Assembly (NCBI GenBank): GCA_035312605.1
Contig: DATGBR010000362.1
Span: 1 to 44,551 of the forward strand
Direction of reading: 5' to 3'
Length of the DNA stretch: 44,551 bases
From: Candidatus Methylomirabilota bacterium
GTDB taxonomy: Bacteria > Methylomirabilota > Methylomirabilia > Rokubacteriales > CSP1-6
Part shown: piece after piece, positions 18,434-26,272 of the stretch
Layout of the letters: every line of letters starts with the position of its first letter
How positions within the stretch are numbered: the stretch's first letter is position 1
Position numbers and translations under genes: made by a program
The notes under the pieces: generated by a model
What the model was told of the DNA's origin: nothing
Databases searched by the model: none
What the model saw: only the letters and a program-made list of their open reading frames with translations

Positions 18434-20712
18434 TCGGCGATTTGCGGGGCGGCGGCCGGCGTCGCCTCGGCGGGCTTGCCGGCCCGGGCGACCGGCAGCC
18501 GCAGGGTGAACACCGCTCCGCCGTCCGCCGGGCTCTCGGCCCGGATCTCGCCGCCGTGCTTCGTGACGATCTCGTAGCTGATCGAGAGGCCGAGCCCGGT
18601 GCCCTCGCCGACCGGCTTGGTGGTGAAGAACGGATCGAAGACGCGACGGAGCACGTCGGGCGGGATGCCGAGGCCGGTGTCGGCGATGGCGATCTCCGCC
18701 ATCGGCCCCACCCGGCGGGTCTCGATCGTGATCGTGCCGGGTCCCGGGATCGCCTGGGCCGCGTTGGCGAGCACGTTCAGGAAGACCTGGTCGATCTGGG
18801 ACCGGACGCACTCCACCGGGCCGAGCGATCCGTACTTCCGGATCACGGTGACCCGATCCTTCAGCAGGTGGTTCAGGAGGGTCAGGCTCGAATCGAGCTC
18901 CTCGTGCAGGTCGACCGCCTGCCACACGTCATCGGGGGTCCGGGTGAAGACCCGCAGGTCGCCGACGATCTTGCGGGTCCGATCGGCGCCCTCGCGGATG
19001 CCGGAGATCATCGAATCGAGGTACCTGAGCGCGTAGTCGACCTGGAGCTCCCGCCGGCGCGCGTCGACGCGGGACCGGTCTGCCTCGGGCAGCGAGGCCT
19101 CCTGGTAGGTCGCGAGCATCGCCCGCAGGCGCTGGACGAAGTCGGCCAGCGTCGCCACGTTGGAGGAGATGAAGCCGATGGGATTGTTGAGCTCGTGGGC
19201 CACGCCGGCCACGAGCTGGCCGACCGAGGCCATCTTCTCGCGCTGGATGAGCTGGAGCTGCGTGGTCTGGAGGTCGCGGTAGGCGGTCCGGAGCTCCTCG
19301 TTGGCGGCCCGGAGCTGCTCGGTGCGGACGCGCACCTTGTCCTCGAGGCTCCGGGAGAGATCCTCGATGGTCTGGAAGCTCGCGGCCCGGTCGATCGCGA
19401 GGGCCACGTGGCTGGCCACCGCGGTGAGCAGGTCCACGTCGCCCTGGTCGAAGCGCCCCGCCTCCGTCGCGGTGACCGCGAGGACTCCGAGCACCTGCTC
19501 GCGCACGCGGAGCGGCGCCGCCACGAGGCTCTGCACCCGGTGCGCGCGGCTCAGCGCCTGGTGAACGGGCTCGGTCGTCCGTTCCACGTCGCTGACAAGC
19601 ACCGGCTGCGCGGTGATCGCGGCCCGCGCGCTCGCGCTCGACGTCGCCTCGAGGGGGAGCTCGATGCCCTCGAACGGGGGAGCCGCCGGGTCGGCGCCCG
19701 CGGAGCGGTGCCCGCGAAGCACGCGCCGCTCGCGGTCCACCAGGAGCAGGTAGGCCCGCTCGTACGGCATCCGGTGGACGAGCCGGCTCAGCGCCTGGTC
19801 GTAGATCTTCTCCGGGTCGAGCGTCCCGCTCACCGCGGCGCTGAGGTCGGTGAGGAGCGAGAGCTGCTCGATCCGCGTCTCGAGCTCGACGAACTTCTTC
19901 TCCAGCTCGCGGTTCGAGTAGATGATCTCCTCGGACTGGAGATCGAGCAGGCGCTGGGTGTGGCGGCGCTGCTGGCCCTCGCGGAGGGCGTAGCCCAGCG
20001 CGACGCCCGCGAGGAGGGGCAGCGGCGACGCGGCCAGGAGCGGCCAGCTCCCGCCGGGCGCGCCGGCGACCAGGGCGAGGAGAACGGCGGCGGCGCCGCC
20101 GATCAGGCTCGGCGCCCAGAAGCGGGGCCCCCGCGACGGATTCTTCCAGCGCACGTCCCAGCGGCAGGCGTCGGCGCCCCGCGCCGCGCAACTGCTCTCG
20201 AGGATGCGGGCACGCGGCAATCCCCAGTTGGTCGGGAAGCGCTCGAACTGGACCTTGCGCCACGTGCAGCTCCAGAGCGGAATGGCCTGCCCGGCCGCCG
20301 GCGTCCAGCGGTAGCGGGCGTGGCGGCGGCCGACCTCGAGCGTGTCGAGCCGGTAGAGGCCGCGGCTCTGCTGGTCGTAGATGGTGGCCACCCGCTGATA
20401 GGCCGCGCGGGGGCTGCCGATGCCCATGGAGTAGGTGCCGAGGTACGAGCGCTCCTCGCGGGGCTTCCAGTCCATGAAGGACTCGCTGTAGCGCCGCGCC
20501 CAGCGCTCCTCGTCGGGCTCGTGCATCAGGTCCCGGCAGACCGCCACCATCTCGCCGGCCGTGGCGAGGGGAATCCAGTTGTGGTCGGCCATGAGGTAGT
20601 CGCGCGACCGCCCCGCGACGCGGCAGATCGTCGCGACTCCCTCGGGGCCGACCTCCTTCTCCACGAAGGGGATCAGCGCCTTCGTGAAGATGCAGTTGAT
20701 CTCGGCCGGCAT
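18430..20712 (-). CDS. sensor histidine kinase (N-terminal V4R-like domain, 2 TM segments, GAF, HisKA, HATPase)
   Basis: Inner ATG at 20712 (MPAEINCIFTKALIPFVEKE..). Hydrophobic pair FWAPSLIGGAAAVLLALVAG / LLAASPLPLLAGVALGYAL, a GAF-like block, H-box VAHELNNPIGFI, and G-boxes DTGLGI / GTGLGLS. Confidence 0.9.
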   Translation of the reverse strand: MPAEINCIFTKALIPFVEKEVGPEGVATICRVAGRSRDYLMADHNWIPLATAGEMVAVCRDLMHEPDEERWARRYSESFMDWKPREERSYLGTYSMGIGSPRAAYQRVATIYDQQSRGLYRLDTLEVGRRHARYRWTPAAGQAIPLWSCTWRKVQFERFPTNWGLPRARILESSCAARGADACRWDVRWKNPSRGPRFWAPSLIGGAAAVLLALVAGAPGGSWPLLAASPLPLLAGVALGYALREGQQRRHTQRLLDLQSEEIIYSNRELEKKFVELETRIEQLSLLTDLSAAVSGTLDPEKIYDQALSRLVHRMPYERAYLLLVDRERRVLRGHRSAGADPAAPPFEGIELPLEATSSASARAAITAQPVLVSDVERTTEPVHQALSRAHRVQSLVAAPLRVREQVLGVLAVTATEAGRFDQGDVDLLTAVASHVALAIDRAASFQTIEDLSRSLEDKVRVRTEQLRAANEELRTAYRDLQTTQLQLIQREKMASVGQLVAGVAHELNNPIGFISSNVATLADFVQRLRAMLATYQEASLPEADRSRVDARRRELQVDYALRYLDSMISGIREGADRTRKIVGDLRVFTRTPDDVWQAVDLHEELDSSLTLLNHLLKDRVTVIRKYGSLGPVECVRSQIDQVFLNVLANAAQAIPGPGTITIETRRVGPMAEIAIADTGLGIPPDVLRRVFDPFFTTKPVGEGTGLGLSISYEIVTKHGGEIRAESPADGGAVFTLRLPVARAGKPAEATPAAAPQIAE

Positions 20713-20723
20713 GTCCGTCCCGC

Positions 20724-21287
20724 TCAGCTCCGCTTGTGCACGAAGGTCGACGTGATCTTCACTCCGTTCGTGAGAGTATCGGCCACCGGCGACTTGCGGT
20801 CGATCGTCTCCTTGCACCGCCGCACCTGCTCCTCGGCGGCGGGGCTCTGGATGGTCACCGAGTAGCGGATGTCGGTGAAGCCGTTGCGCACCGACTTGTC
20901 GTGCCCGAGCACGCCGCGGAAATCGATGTCGGCCTCCATCTCCACGCTCAGGGCCTCGATGGGCACGTTGAACAGCGCGGCGTTGGCCGCGATCCCGGAG
21001 GTGAGGCAGCCCGCGAGGGCGGCCAGCACCGACTCCGCGGCGGTCGGGGCCGCGTCCACCCCGCCGAGGCCGGCCGGCGCGTCCATCGTGACGAAGAAGC
21101 GCCGGGTCGGGGGCGTCGCCGCTTTCCCGAGGATCTCCTGCGCTCCGATCTCGACGAGGGCCTTGACGCCACGCTGCCAGGTGGAGCGCAGCTTGACCGT
21201 CCGCTTCCCGAGGGCCGGGTTCTCGCGGACCTTGCGATCCATCTCCTTCATGCCGTCCACGTCGACGTCGTTCAGTCCGAGTGCCAT
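20724..21287 (-). CDS. OsmC family protein (peroxiredoxin-like)
   Basis: ATG at 21287 with AAGGAGG upstream. 187 aa with an OsmC-type Cys pair context (..LAGCLTSG.. and ..VRRCKETIDRKSPV..). Confidence 0.88.
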   Translation of the reverse strand: MALGLNDVDVDGMKEMDRKVRENPALGKRTVKLRSTWQRGVKALVEIGAQEILGKAATPPTRRFFVTMDAPAGLGGVDAAPTAAESVLAALAGCLTSGIAANAALFNVPIEALSVEMEADIDFRGVLGHDKSVRNGFTDIRYSVTIQSPAAEEQVRRCKETIDRKSPVADTLTNGVKITSTFVHKRS

Positions 21288-21352
21288 GGGTGTCCTCCTT
21301 GGGTTTGTTCGAGGTCGAGCTTCAGGGCTGTGTTCACGCGGTTGCTGAAATT

Positions 21353-21380
21353 GGCCGCGGCCACCGTCAGGGTCGCGGCC
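21353..21380 (-). terminator. GC hairpin after the hydrolase-glycosyltransferase gene (possible attenuating terminator)
   Basis: GGCCGCG (21353-21359) pairs with CGCGGCC (21374-21380). On the minus strand the hairpin is followed by AATTTC. It starts 9 nt after the stop at 21389. Confidence 0.3.
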
Positions 21381-21388
21381 GTCTCCTC

Positions 21389-23458
21389 TCAGAGCAGCGC
21401 GGTGATGAGCCGCGCGGCGCGGTCGGTGCCGTCGAGCGGCACCTCCGCGGAGTGGACCGGCTTGCCGAGGTACTCGAGCATCGCGGCGCCCAGGGCCTCC
21501 GGGCTCGTGCGGTCGTAGTCGAGGCGGACGCCGGCGCCGAGACGATCGAGGCGCCGCGCCACGTGGAGCTGCTGCTCGAAGTGGTGGCGGAGCGGGAAGT
21601 AGAGGAACGGGGTGCGGAGGGCGGCCAGCTCCATGGTGGTGGTGAGGCCGCCCTGGACGATCGCAAGGTCGGCGGCCGCGTGGTGCTCGAAGAGGTCCGG
21701 CACGAAGTCGCGCACCTCGACCCGGGGCCCCCAGGCCGCCTCCATCTCGGAGAGCCGCGGGCCCCCGACCAGGACCAGGCGCGTCTCCGGGATCTGGGAG
21801 GCGATCAGGGTGAAGGCCTCCGCGCACTTGCGGAGCAGGCTCCGCCCGACCCGCGTGCCCCCGACGGAGGCCAGGATCACGCGCTCGTCGGCCCGGTACC
21901 CGAGCTTCGCCCGCAGGGCGGCGCGGTCGCGCAGGGCCCGGGGGTCGAAGTGGAAGGTGTAGCCGGAGAAGCGGAAGTGCTCCCGCGCCCACTGCCGCAT
22001 GTTCGGGAGATCGGGGCCGAACTCGCGATCGAGCACGTCCTCCTCGTCGCCAATGAGGATCGACAGGTCGCGCACGTCGGGATGCAGGCGCAGGTGGTCG
22101 ACGTTCTCCGCGTTCTTCTCCCAGCAGCGGATGAACTCGGTGGACGTCCGGTCGTCCCGCATCGGGAGCAGGCCGATGAAGTCGGTGAGGAAGGCGTAGG
22201 GCGCTCGCTTGAGGTCGGGATTCTCGTGCAGGAAGTAGTCGAGGTCCCATCCCTCGTCGCCGATCCAGAGATCGTACCGCTCGCGCTCCACGAGGTCGGC
22301 GAGGGTCATGAAGTTCGCGGTCATGATCTCGTCCATGTCCCACAGCGCGTTGAACGCGTGCAGCTCGTGATCGGCGGCCCAGCCCTCGAAGTGCTTGGTC
22401 TCGTTCTGGAGGAGGCGCGTCGCGGGATGCAGCCGCTCCCCCCAGTGCTGGACCACGCGGTCGGCGGGATCGCCGGCGAGGAAGTCGACGATGACGTCGG
22501 GATCCTGTTCCCGCAGCCGGCGGGCGATCGCGAGGTCGCGCTGGACGTGCCCGAGCCCGATCGGGCTCGACAACCAGAGGACGCGCCGCCGGCTGTCCCG
22601 GGGGGCGCGTCGGGGCGCCGCGGACAGGTCGGCCGCGGGGACCGTCCGCTGGGTGGTGGCCGGGATCGAGGTTTCGGTGACCTCGCGCCCGAGGGCGAAG
22701 TCCCGGATGAAGCGGTTGACCTTCACCGCGTCGCGGCCGAAGAGCCCGTGTCCCCCCCGCTCGAAGGTGACCAGGTGGGCGCCGGGAATCGCCGCGACCA
22801 TCTTCTGCGCGTGCGAGTAGGGGACGATCTTGTCGTCGGTCCCGTGGAGAGCCAGGGTGGGGACGCGAACCTGGCCGAGCAGATCGTACAGGTCGATCCC
22901 GTCGATCGCGCGCAGGGACTCGATCAGGACCTCGGGGGTGGTCTCGCCGGCCCAGGTCACGCAGTCCTCGATGCCCTTGAGGGAGTGCGGCTCCGGGAAG
23001 ATGCGCTTGAACAGTCGCGCCCGCCAGTTGTCGAAGTCGTCGCGGATCACCCGCGCGACGCGCTCCTCGAAGGGTTGCGGCACCGATTCGGCGTACTGGC
23101 CGGAGAGCAGGATCAGGTGCGAGAGCCGGTCGGGGTGCTCGACCGCGTACCGGAACGCGAGCGGGGCCGCGCACGAGAAAGCGACCAGGGCGATGGGCGG
23201 GCGCGCGACTTCGTCGAGGACGGCCGCGAGGTCTCCGTACCGGGTGTCCAGGTCGTAGCCGGTGGGCGGCCGGTCGGAGCGCCCGTTGCCGCGCGGGTCC
23301 ATCGTGATCACCCGGAAGTAGCGCGAGAGGTACGGGATCTGGTGCTTCCACATCCGGCTGTACGTGACGACCTGGCACTGGGGCAGCAGGAGCAGATCGC
23401 GCGTCCCGCTGCCGGTGACCTGGTAGAAGATGCGCGCGTCCGGCCGGTGAACGTACAT
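21389..23458 (-). CDS. fusion protein: N-terminal alpha/beta hydrolase + C-terminal GT-B glycosyltransferase (GT1/GT28-like)
   Basis: ATG at 23458 (MYVHRPDARIFYQV..) with a GAGGAG RBS, 4 nt after the ROK stop. Residues ~1-270 are an alpha/beta hydrolase (..MDPRGNGRSD.., elbow AFSCA, ..GGHGLF..). Residues ~300-689 are GT-B (..SSPIGLGHVQRD.. ..VGGT.. ..IVQGGLTTTMELAAL..P..EQ..). It is one uninterrupted frame. Confidence 0.85.
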   Translation of the reverse strand: MYVHRPDARIFYQVTGSGTRDLLLLPQCQVVTYSRMWKHQIPYLSRYFRVITMDPRGNGRSDRPPTGYDLDTRYGDLAAVLDEVARPPIALVAFSCAAPLAFRYAVEHPDRLSHLILLSGQYAESVPQPFEERVARVIRDDFDNWRARLFKRIFPEPHSLKGIEDCVTWAGETTPEVLIESLRAIDGIDLYDLLGQVRVPTLALHGTDDKIVPYSHAQKMVAAIPGAHLVTFERGGHGLFGRDAVKVNRFIRDFALGREVTETSIPATTQRTVPAADLSAAPRRAPRDSRRRVLWLSSPIGLGHVQRDLAIARRLREQDPDVIVDFLAGDPADRVVQHWGERLHPATRLLQNETKHFEGWAADHELHAFNALWDMDEIMTANFMTLADLVERERYDLWIGDEGWDLDYFLHENPDLKRAPYAFLTDFIGLLPMRDDRTSTEFIRCWEKNAENVDHLRLHPDVRDLSILIGDEEDVLDREFGPDLPNMRQWAREHFRFSGYTFHFDPRALRDRAALRAKLGYRADERVILASVGGTRVGRSLLRKCAEAFTLIASQIPETRLVLVGGPRLSEMEAAWGPRVEVRDFVPDLFEHHAAADLAIVQGGLTTTMELAALRTPFLYFPLRHHFEQQLHVARRLDRLGAGVRLDYDRTSPEALGAAMLEYLGKPVHSAEVPLDGTDRAARLITALL

Positions 23459-23462
23459 GGCG

Positions 23463-24473
23463 TTACTCCTCGCCCCGCATCGCGGGCGCATCGTGGCCGC
23501 GCCGGGCCATCTCGTAGAGGACGAGCGCCGCGCCGCCGCGCACCGTGCCGCGCTTGTCCGCCGGCACCACGCGCACCGTCGTCGCGTCGAGCGTGGCGGT
23601 GAGTCCCCGGCGCCGGACCCGGCGCAGGATGTCGGCCTCGAGAGGGGCCAGTGACGTGGCGACGCCGCCGGTGATCACGATGATCTCCGGGTTCAGCAGG
23701 CTCACGAGCACCCCGATGCCCATCGCGACCGCCTCGCAGGCCTCGTCGATCACCACGCGGGCGAGGGGATCGCCCGCGGCCGCCTCCTCGAACAGGTGCG
23801 GCGCGCCGATCCGCCCCGGATCGCCCCCGGTCCGCGCCAGCAACGCCGAGCCCGGGTAGGCGGCGAGCCGCTCCCGGGCCCGATCCGCCATCATCCCCCC
23901 CGCCACGTACGTGGCCAGGCACCCGACGCTGCCGCAGACGCAGCGCGGGCCGGCGAGACTCACGCTCATGTGCCCGATCTCTCCCGCGCTGTGGTGATGG
24001 CCGCGGATCAGCCGGCCGTCCAGGATCAGGCCGCCGCCTATCCCGGTGCCGATGGCCAGGGTGACCAGCGACGCGGCGCCGCGGCCGAGCCCGAACGTCC
24101 ACTCTCCGAGCGTCAAGGCGTTCACGTCGTTGTCCACGAAGACGGGATGGCCGGTCCGCTCCTGGATGAGAGTCGCGAGCGGCACGTCGCCGAGCTCCGA
24201 GAGCCACGCGAACGGCATCGAGCGCATGAAGCCTTTCTCGACGTCGACGAGGCCCGGAAGCCCCACGCCGATCCCGGCCACCGCGAGCCCGCGGTCTGCC
24301 GCCGAGGCCAGCGCGCGATCGATCAGCGTGAAGATCGTGTCCACCACGCCGCTTCCGCCCTGGGTGGGGGCCTGGGCGGCGGTGAGGACGGCGCCGTCGC
24401 GGCCGACGAGCCCCGCCGAGATCGTCGAGGCTCCGACGTCGACGCCGACGATCGGATCGGTCGGGAGCATCAT
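23463..24473 (-). CDS. ROK family sugar kinase / regulator
   Basis: ATGATG at 24473-24468 (MMLPTDPIVGVDVGAST..). ROK zinc motif CVCGSVGC and GTGIGGG. Confidence 0.9.
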   Translation of the reverse strand: MMLPTDPIVGVDVGASTISAGLVGRDGAVLTAAQAPTQGGSGVVDTIFTLIDRALASAADRGLAVAGIGVGLPGLVDVEKGFMRSMPFAWLSELGDVPLATLIQERTGHPVFVDNDVNALTLGEWTFGLGRGAASLVTLAIGTGIGGGLILDGRLIRGHHHSAGEIGHMSVSLAGPRCVCGSVGCLATYVAGGMMADRARERLAAYPGSALLARTGGDPGRIGAPHLFEEAAAGDPLARVVIDEACEAVAMGIGVLVSLLNPEIIVITGGVATSLAPLEADILRRVRRRGLTATLDATTVRVVPADKRGTVRGGAALVLYEMARRGHDAPAMRGEE

Positions 24474-24487
24474 GCGGACTCGCTCCC

Positions 24488-24502
24488 GCAAGCCGTGTGC
24501 CA
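24488..24502 (-). promoter_or_regulatory. sigma54 (-24/-12) promoter candidate pointing at the ROK operon
   Basis: The complement of 24488-24502 reads TGGCAC-ACGGC-TTGC, an exact TGGCAC-N5-TTGC. Caveat: the predicted start (~24476) is only ~3 nt before ATG 24473, implying an almost leaderless mRNA. Confidence 0.45.
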
Positions 24503-24553
24503 GCGCGCAAACCCGCTCAGCACGGCCACTCGCCCGGCGCGGGGTGCAACCCG

Positions 24554-24619
24554 ACCTTGCGGGGCGGGGCCGGCTGCTCGGCAAGCGCCCGTCGGGACGG
24601 CCGGCGAGCCCCGCAAGGT
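24554..24619. promoter_or_regulatory. 12-bp perfect inverted repeat (ACCTTGCGGGGC / GCCCCGCAAGGT), candidate enhancer (UAS) or RNA hairpin
   Basis: 24554-24565 is the exact reverse complement of 24608-24619. Inner GCCGGC copies at 24569 and 24600 extend the pairing. It lies 52-117 nt upstream of the minus-strand sigma54 element. Confidence 0.4.
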
Positions 24620-24730
24620 GACACGGCGGTGCGCCCGGCCGACCGTGCAAGGTCGCGATGCTCCGCTCCCGCGCGGCGGCGTCCCCCCGGCTCCCCTGCC
24701 GTCTGCTCTTGCGCGTGCATGGTCTCGTAG

Positions 24731-24761
24731 CGCCACGTCAGCTTGCGTTGCCAACGTGGCG
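24731..24761. promoter_or_regulatory. 8-bp inverted repeat CGCCACGT-N15-ACGTGGCG, candidate enhancer (UAS)
   Basis: 24731-24738 is the reverse complement of 24754-24761. It lies ~100-125 nt upstream of the plus-strand sigma54 element. Confidence 0.3.
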
Positions 24762-24856
24762 AAATCAAGCGCGGGCGAATCGGCGCTCCCCGGTTTACCG
24801 CAACGCCATCTTGCGGCTCCGGCCCGCAACCGCGTGGAATTCCGCGAGCTCCCGCG

Positions 24857-24872
24857 GGGCACGCCGCTTGCT
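24857..24872 (+). promoter_or_regulatory. sigma54 (-24/-12) promoter candidate for the cupin-hydrolase-methyltransferase operon
   Basis: GGGCACG-CCGC-TTGCT matches TGGCACG-N4-TTGCW at all core positions except the first T. GG-to-GC spacing is canonical. The predicted start (~24883) leaves a 72-nt leader before ATG 24955. Confidence 0.55.
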
Positions 24873-24954
24873 CGACAGCGTGGACCCGATGGCACCCGAT
24901 CGAACGGCCCAGCGAGCAGCCCAGCCCACAGCCCAGTCAACAGGAGGATCGACC

Positions 24955-25434
24955 ATGCGTCGCATCGTACCCGTGGTTCTGATGCTCATCGCGCTCGTCG
25001 CGCTCTCGCTTGTCGCGATCCCGCTGCCGGCCGAGGAGCACGCGCACACCGTCGCCCTGCCGGCGACTCTCAAGTGGGCCGAGCCCGCGCCGCTGCCGGG
25101 GGCCCTGCTCGCGGTCGTCCAGGGCGACCCGAGCAAGGAGGGGTTGTTCGTCTATCGACTCAAGATGCCGGCGGGCTACCGCATTCCCCCGCACCTGCAC
25201 AAGGCCAGCGAGAACGTCACGGTGCTCTCCGGGGAGTTCTTCATCGGTCTCGGCGAGAAGCTCGACCAGGGCAAGGGCCAGGAGCTGCCGGTCGGGGCCT
25301 TCCTCTCCGTGCCGCCGAACCACCCGCACTACGCGTGGGTGGGCCGCACCGAGACGATCGTGCAGGTCCACGGGGTGGGACCGACCGATCTCCGGTTCGT
25401 GAATCCCGAAGACGATCCGCGGAAGAAGAAGTAG
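24955..25434 (+). CDS. secreted cupin-domain protein
   Basis: ATG at 24955 with AGGAGG 7 nt upstream. Signal peptide MRRIVPVVLMLIALVALSLVAIPLPAEE, and a cupin-like core (..YRIPPHLHKASENVTVLSGEF.. ..PPNHPHYAW..). Confidence 0.85.
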   Translation: MRRIVPVVLMLIALVALSLVAIPLPAEEHAHTVALPATLKWAEPAPLPGALLAVVQGDPSKEGLFVYRLKMPAGYRIPPHLHKASENVTVLSGEFFIGLGEKLDQGKGQELPVGAFLSVPPNHPHYAWVGRTETIVQVHGVGPTDLRFVNPEDDPRKKK

Positions 25435-25436
25435 CC

Positions 25437-26243
25437 ATGGCCACGATGGCACCGGCTCGAGCGTACGTCCGCGAGGCCGGGGTCGGTCCGGGCGTCGTCT
25501 GCATCCACGCGAGCGCCAGCTCGTCGGCGCAGTGGCGGCCCTTGATGGACCGTCTGGTCAGCCGCTATCGCACGCTCGCGGTCGACCTCTACGGGTCCGG
25601 CCGGAGCCCGCGGTGGCCGGACGAGCGGGCGCTGTCGCTGGCGGACGAGGTGGCATTGCTCGAGCCGGTCCTCGCAGAGGCGGGCGACCGATTCCACCTG
25701 ATCGGCCACTCGTACGGCGGGGCGGTGGCTCTCAAGGCCGCGCTCGCCGATCCCGGTCGCCTCCGGTCCCTCGTCGTCTACGAGCCGGTGCTGTTCTCGG
25801 TCCTGCTGGCCGAGGATGCCACCCAGCCCGCGGCGCGGGAGATCGTGGCGGTGCGCGACGACACCGTCGCCGCGATGCAGGGCGGGAACGCGCGTGCGTC
25901 CGGGGCCCGGTTCCTCGACTACTGGATGGGAGCCGGCACCTGGGCCGGCATGCCGGAGCCCCGGCGCGAGGCGGTGGCGACCGCGATGGGCAGCGTGGCC
26001 GCGGAGTGGCACGCGGCGTTCACGGAGCCGACGCCGCTGGCCGCGTTCGGGGTGCTCGACGTGCCGACCCTCTGCCTCACCGGCTCGGATTCTCCCGGAG
26101 CCTCCCGGGGGGTGACCCGGCTGCTGACGAAGGTCTTGCCGCGCGTGACCGAGGTCGAGATCACCGGGGTGGGGCACATGGGCCCCGTCACCCATCCGGA
26201 GCGGATCAACGCGCTGATCGAGCGCCATCTCGAAACCAACTAG
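25437..26243 (+). CDS. alpha/beta hydrolase
   Basis: ATG at 25437 (MATMAPARAYVRE..), 2 nt after the cupin stop. Nucleophile elbow GHSYGG and a C-terminal GVGHMGP histidine region. Confidence 0.9.
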   Translation: MATMAPARAYVREAGVGPGVVCIHASASSSAQWRPLMDRLVSRYRTLAVDLYGSGRSPRWPDERALSLADEVALLEPVLAEAGDRFHLIGHSYGGAVALKAALADPGRLRSLVVYEPVLFSVLLAEDATQPAAREIVAVRDDTVAAMQGGNARASGARFLDYWMGAGTWAGMPEPRREAVATAMGSVAAEWHAAFTEPTPLAAFGVLDVPTLCLTGSDSPGASRGVTRLLTKVLPRVTEVEITGVGHMGPVTHPERINALIERHLETN

Positions 26244-26272
26244 ACGGGCGATCGGCCCGGAGGAGAACCGTC

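Noticed and set aside
24658-24954. The in-frame 99-codon extension upstream of the cupin gene (ORF 24658..25434), and other ORFs inside the 481-nt spacer (24497..24730, 24517..24768, 24743..24982).
   Set aside because: Their translations are Arg/Pro/Ala-rich and have no RBS. The cupin has its own AGGAGG site and a signal peptide starting at 24955. The region is better explained as regulatory DNA.
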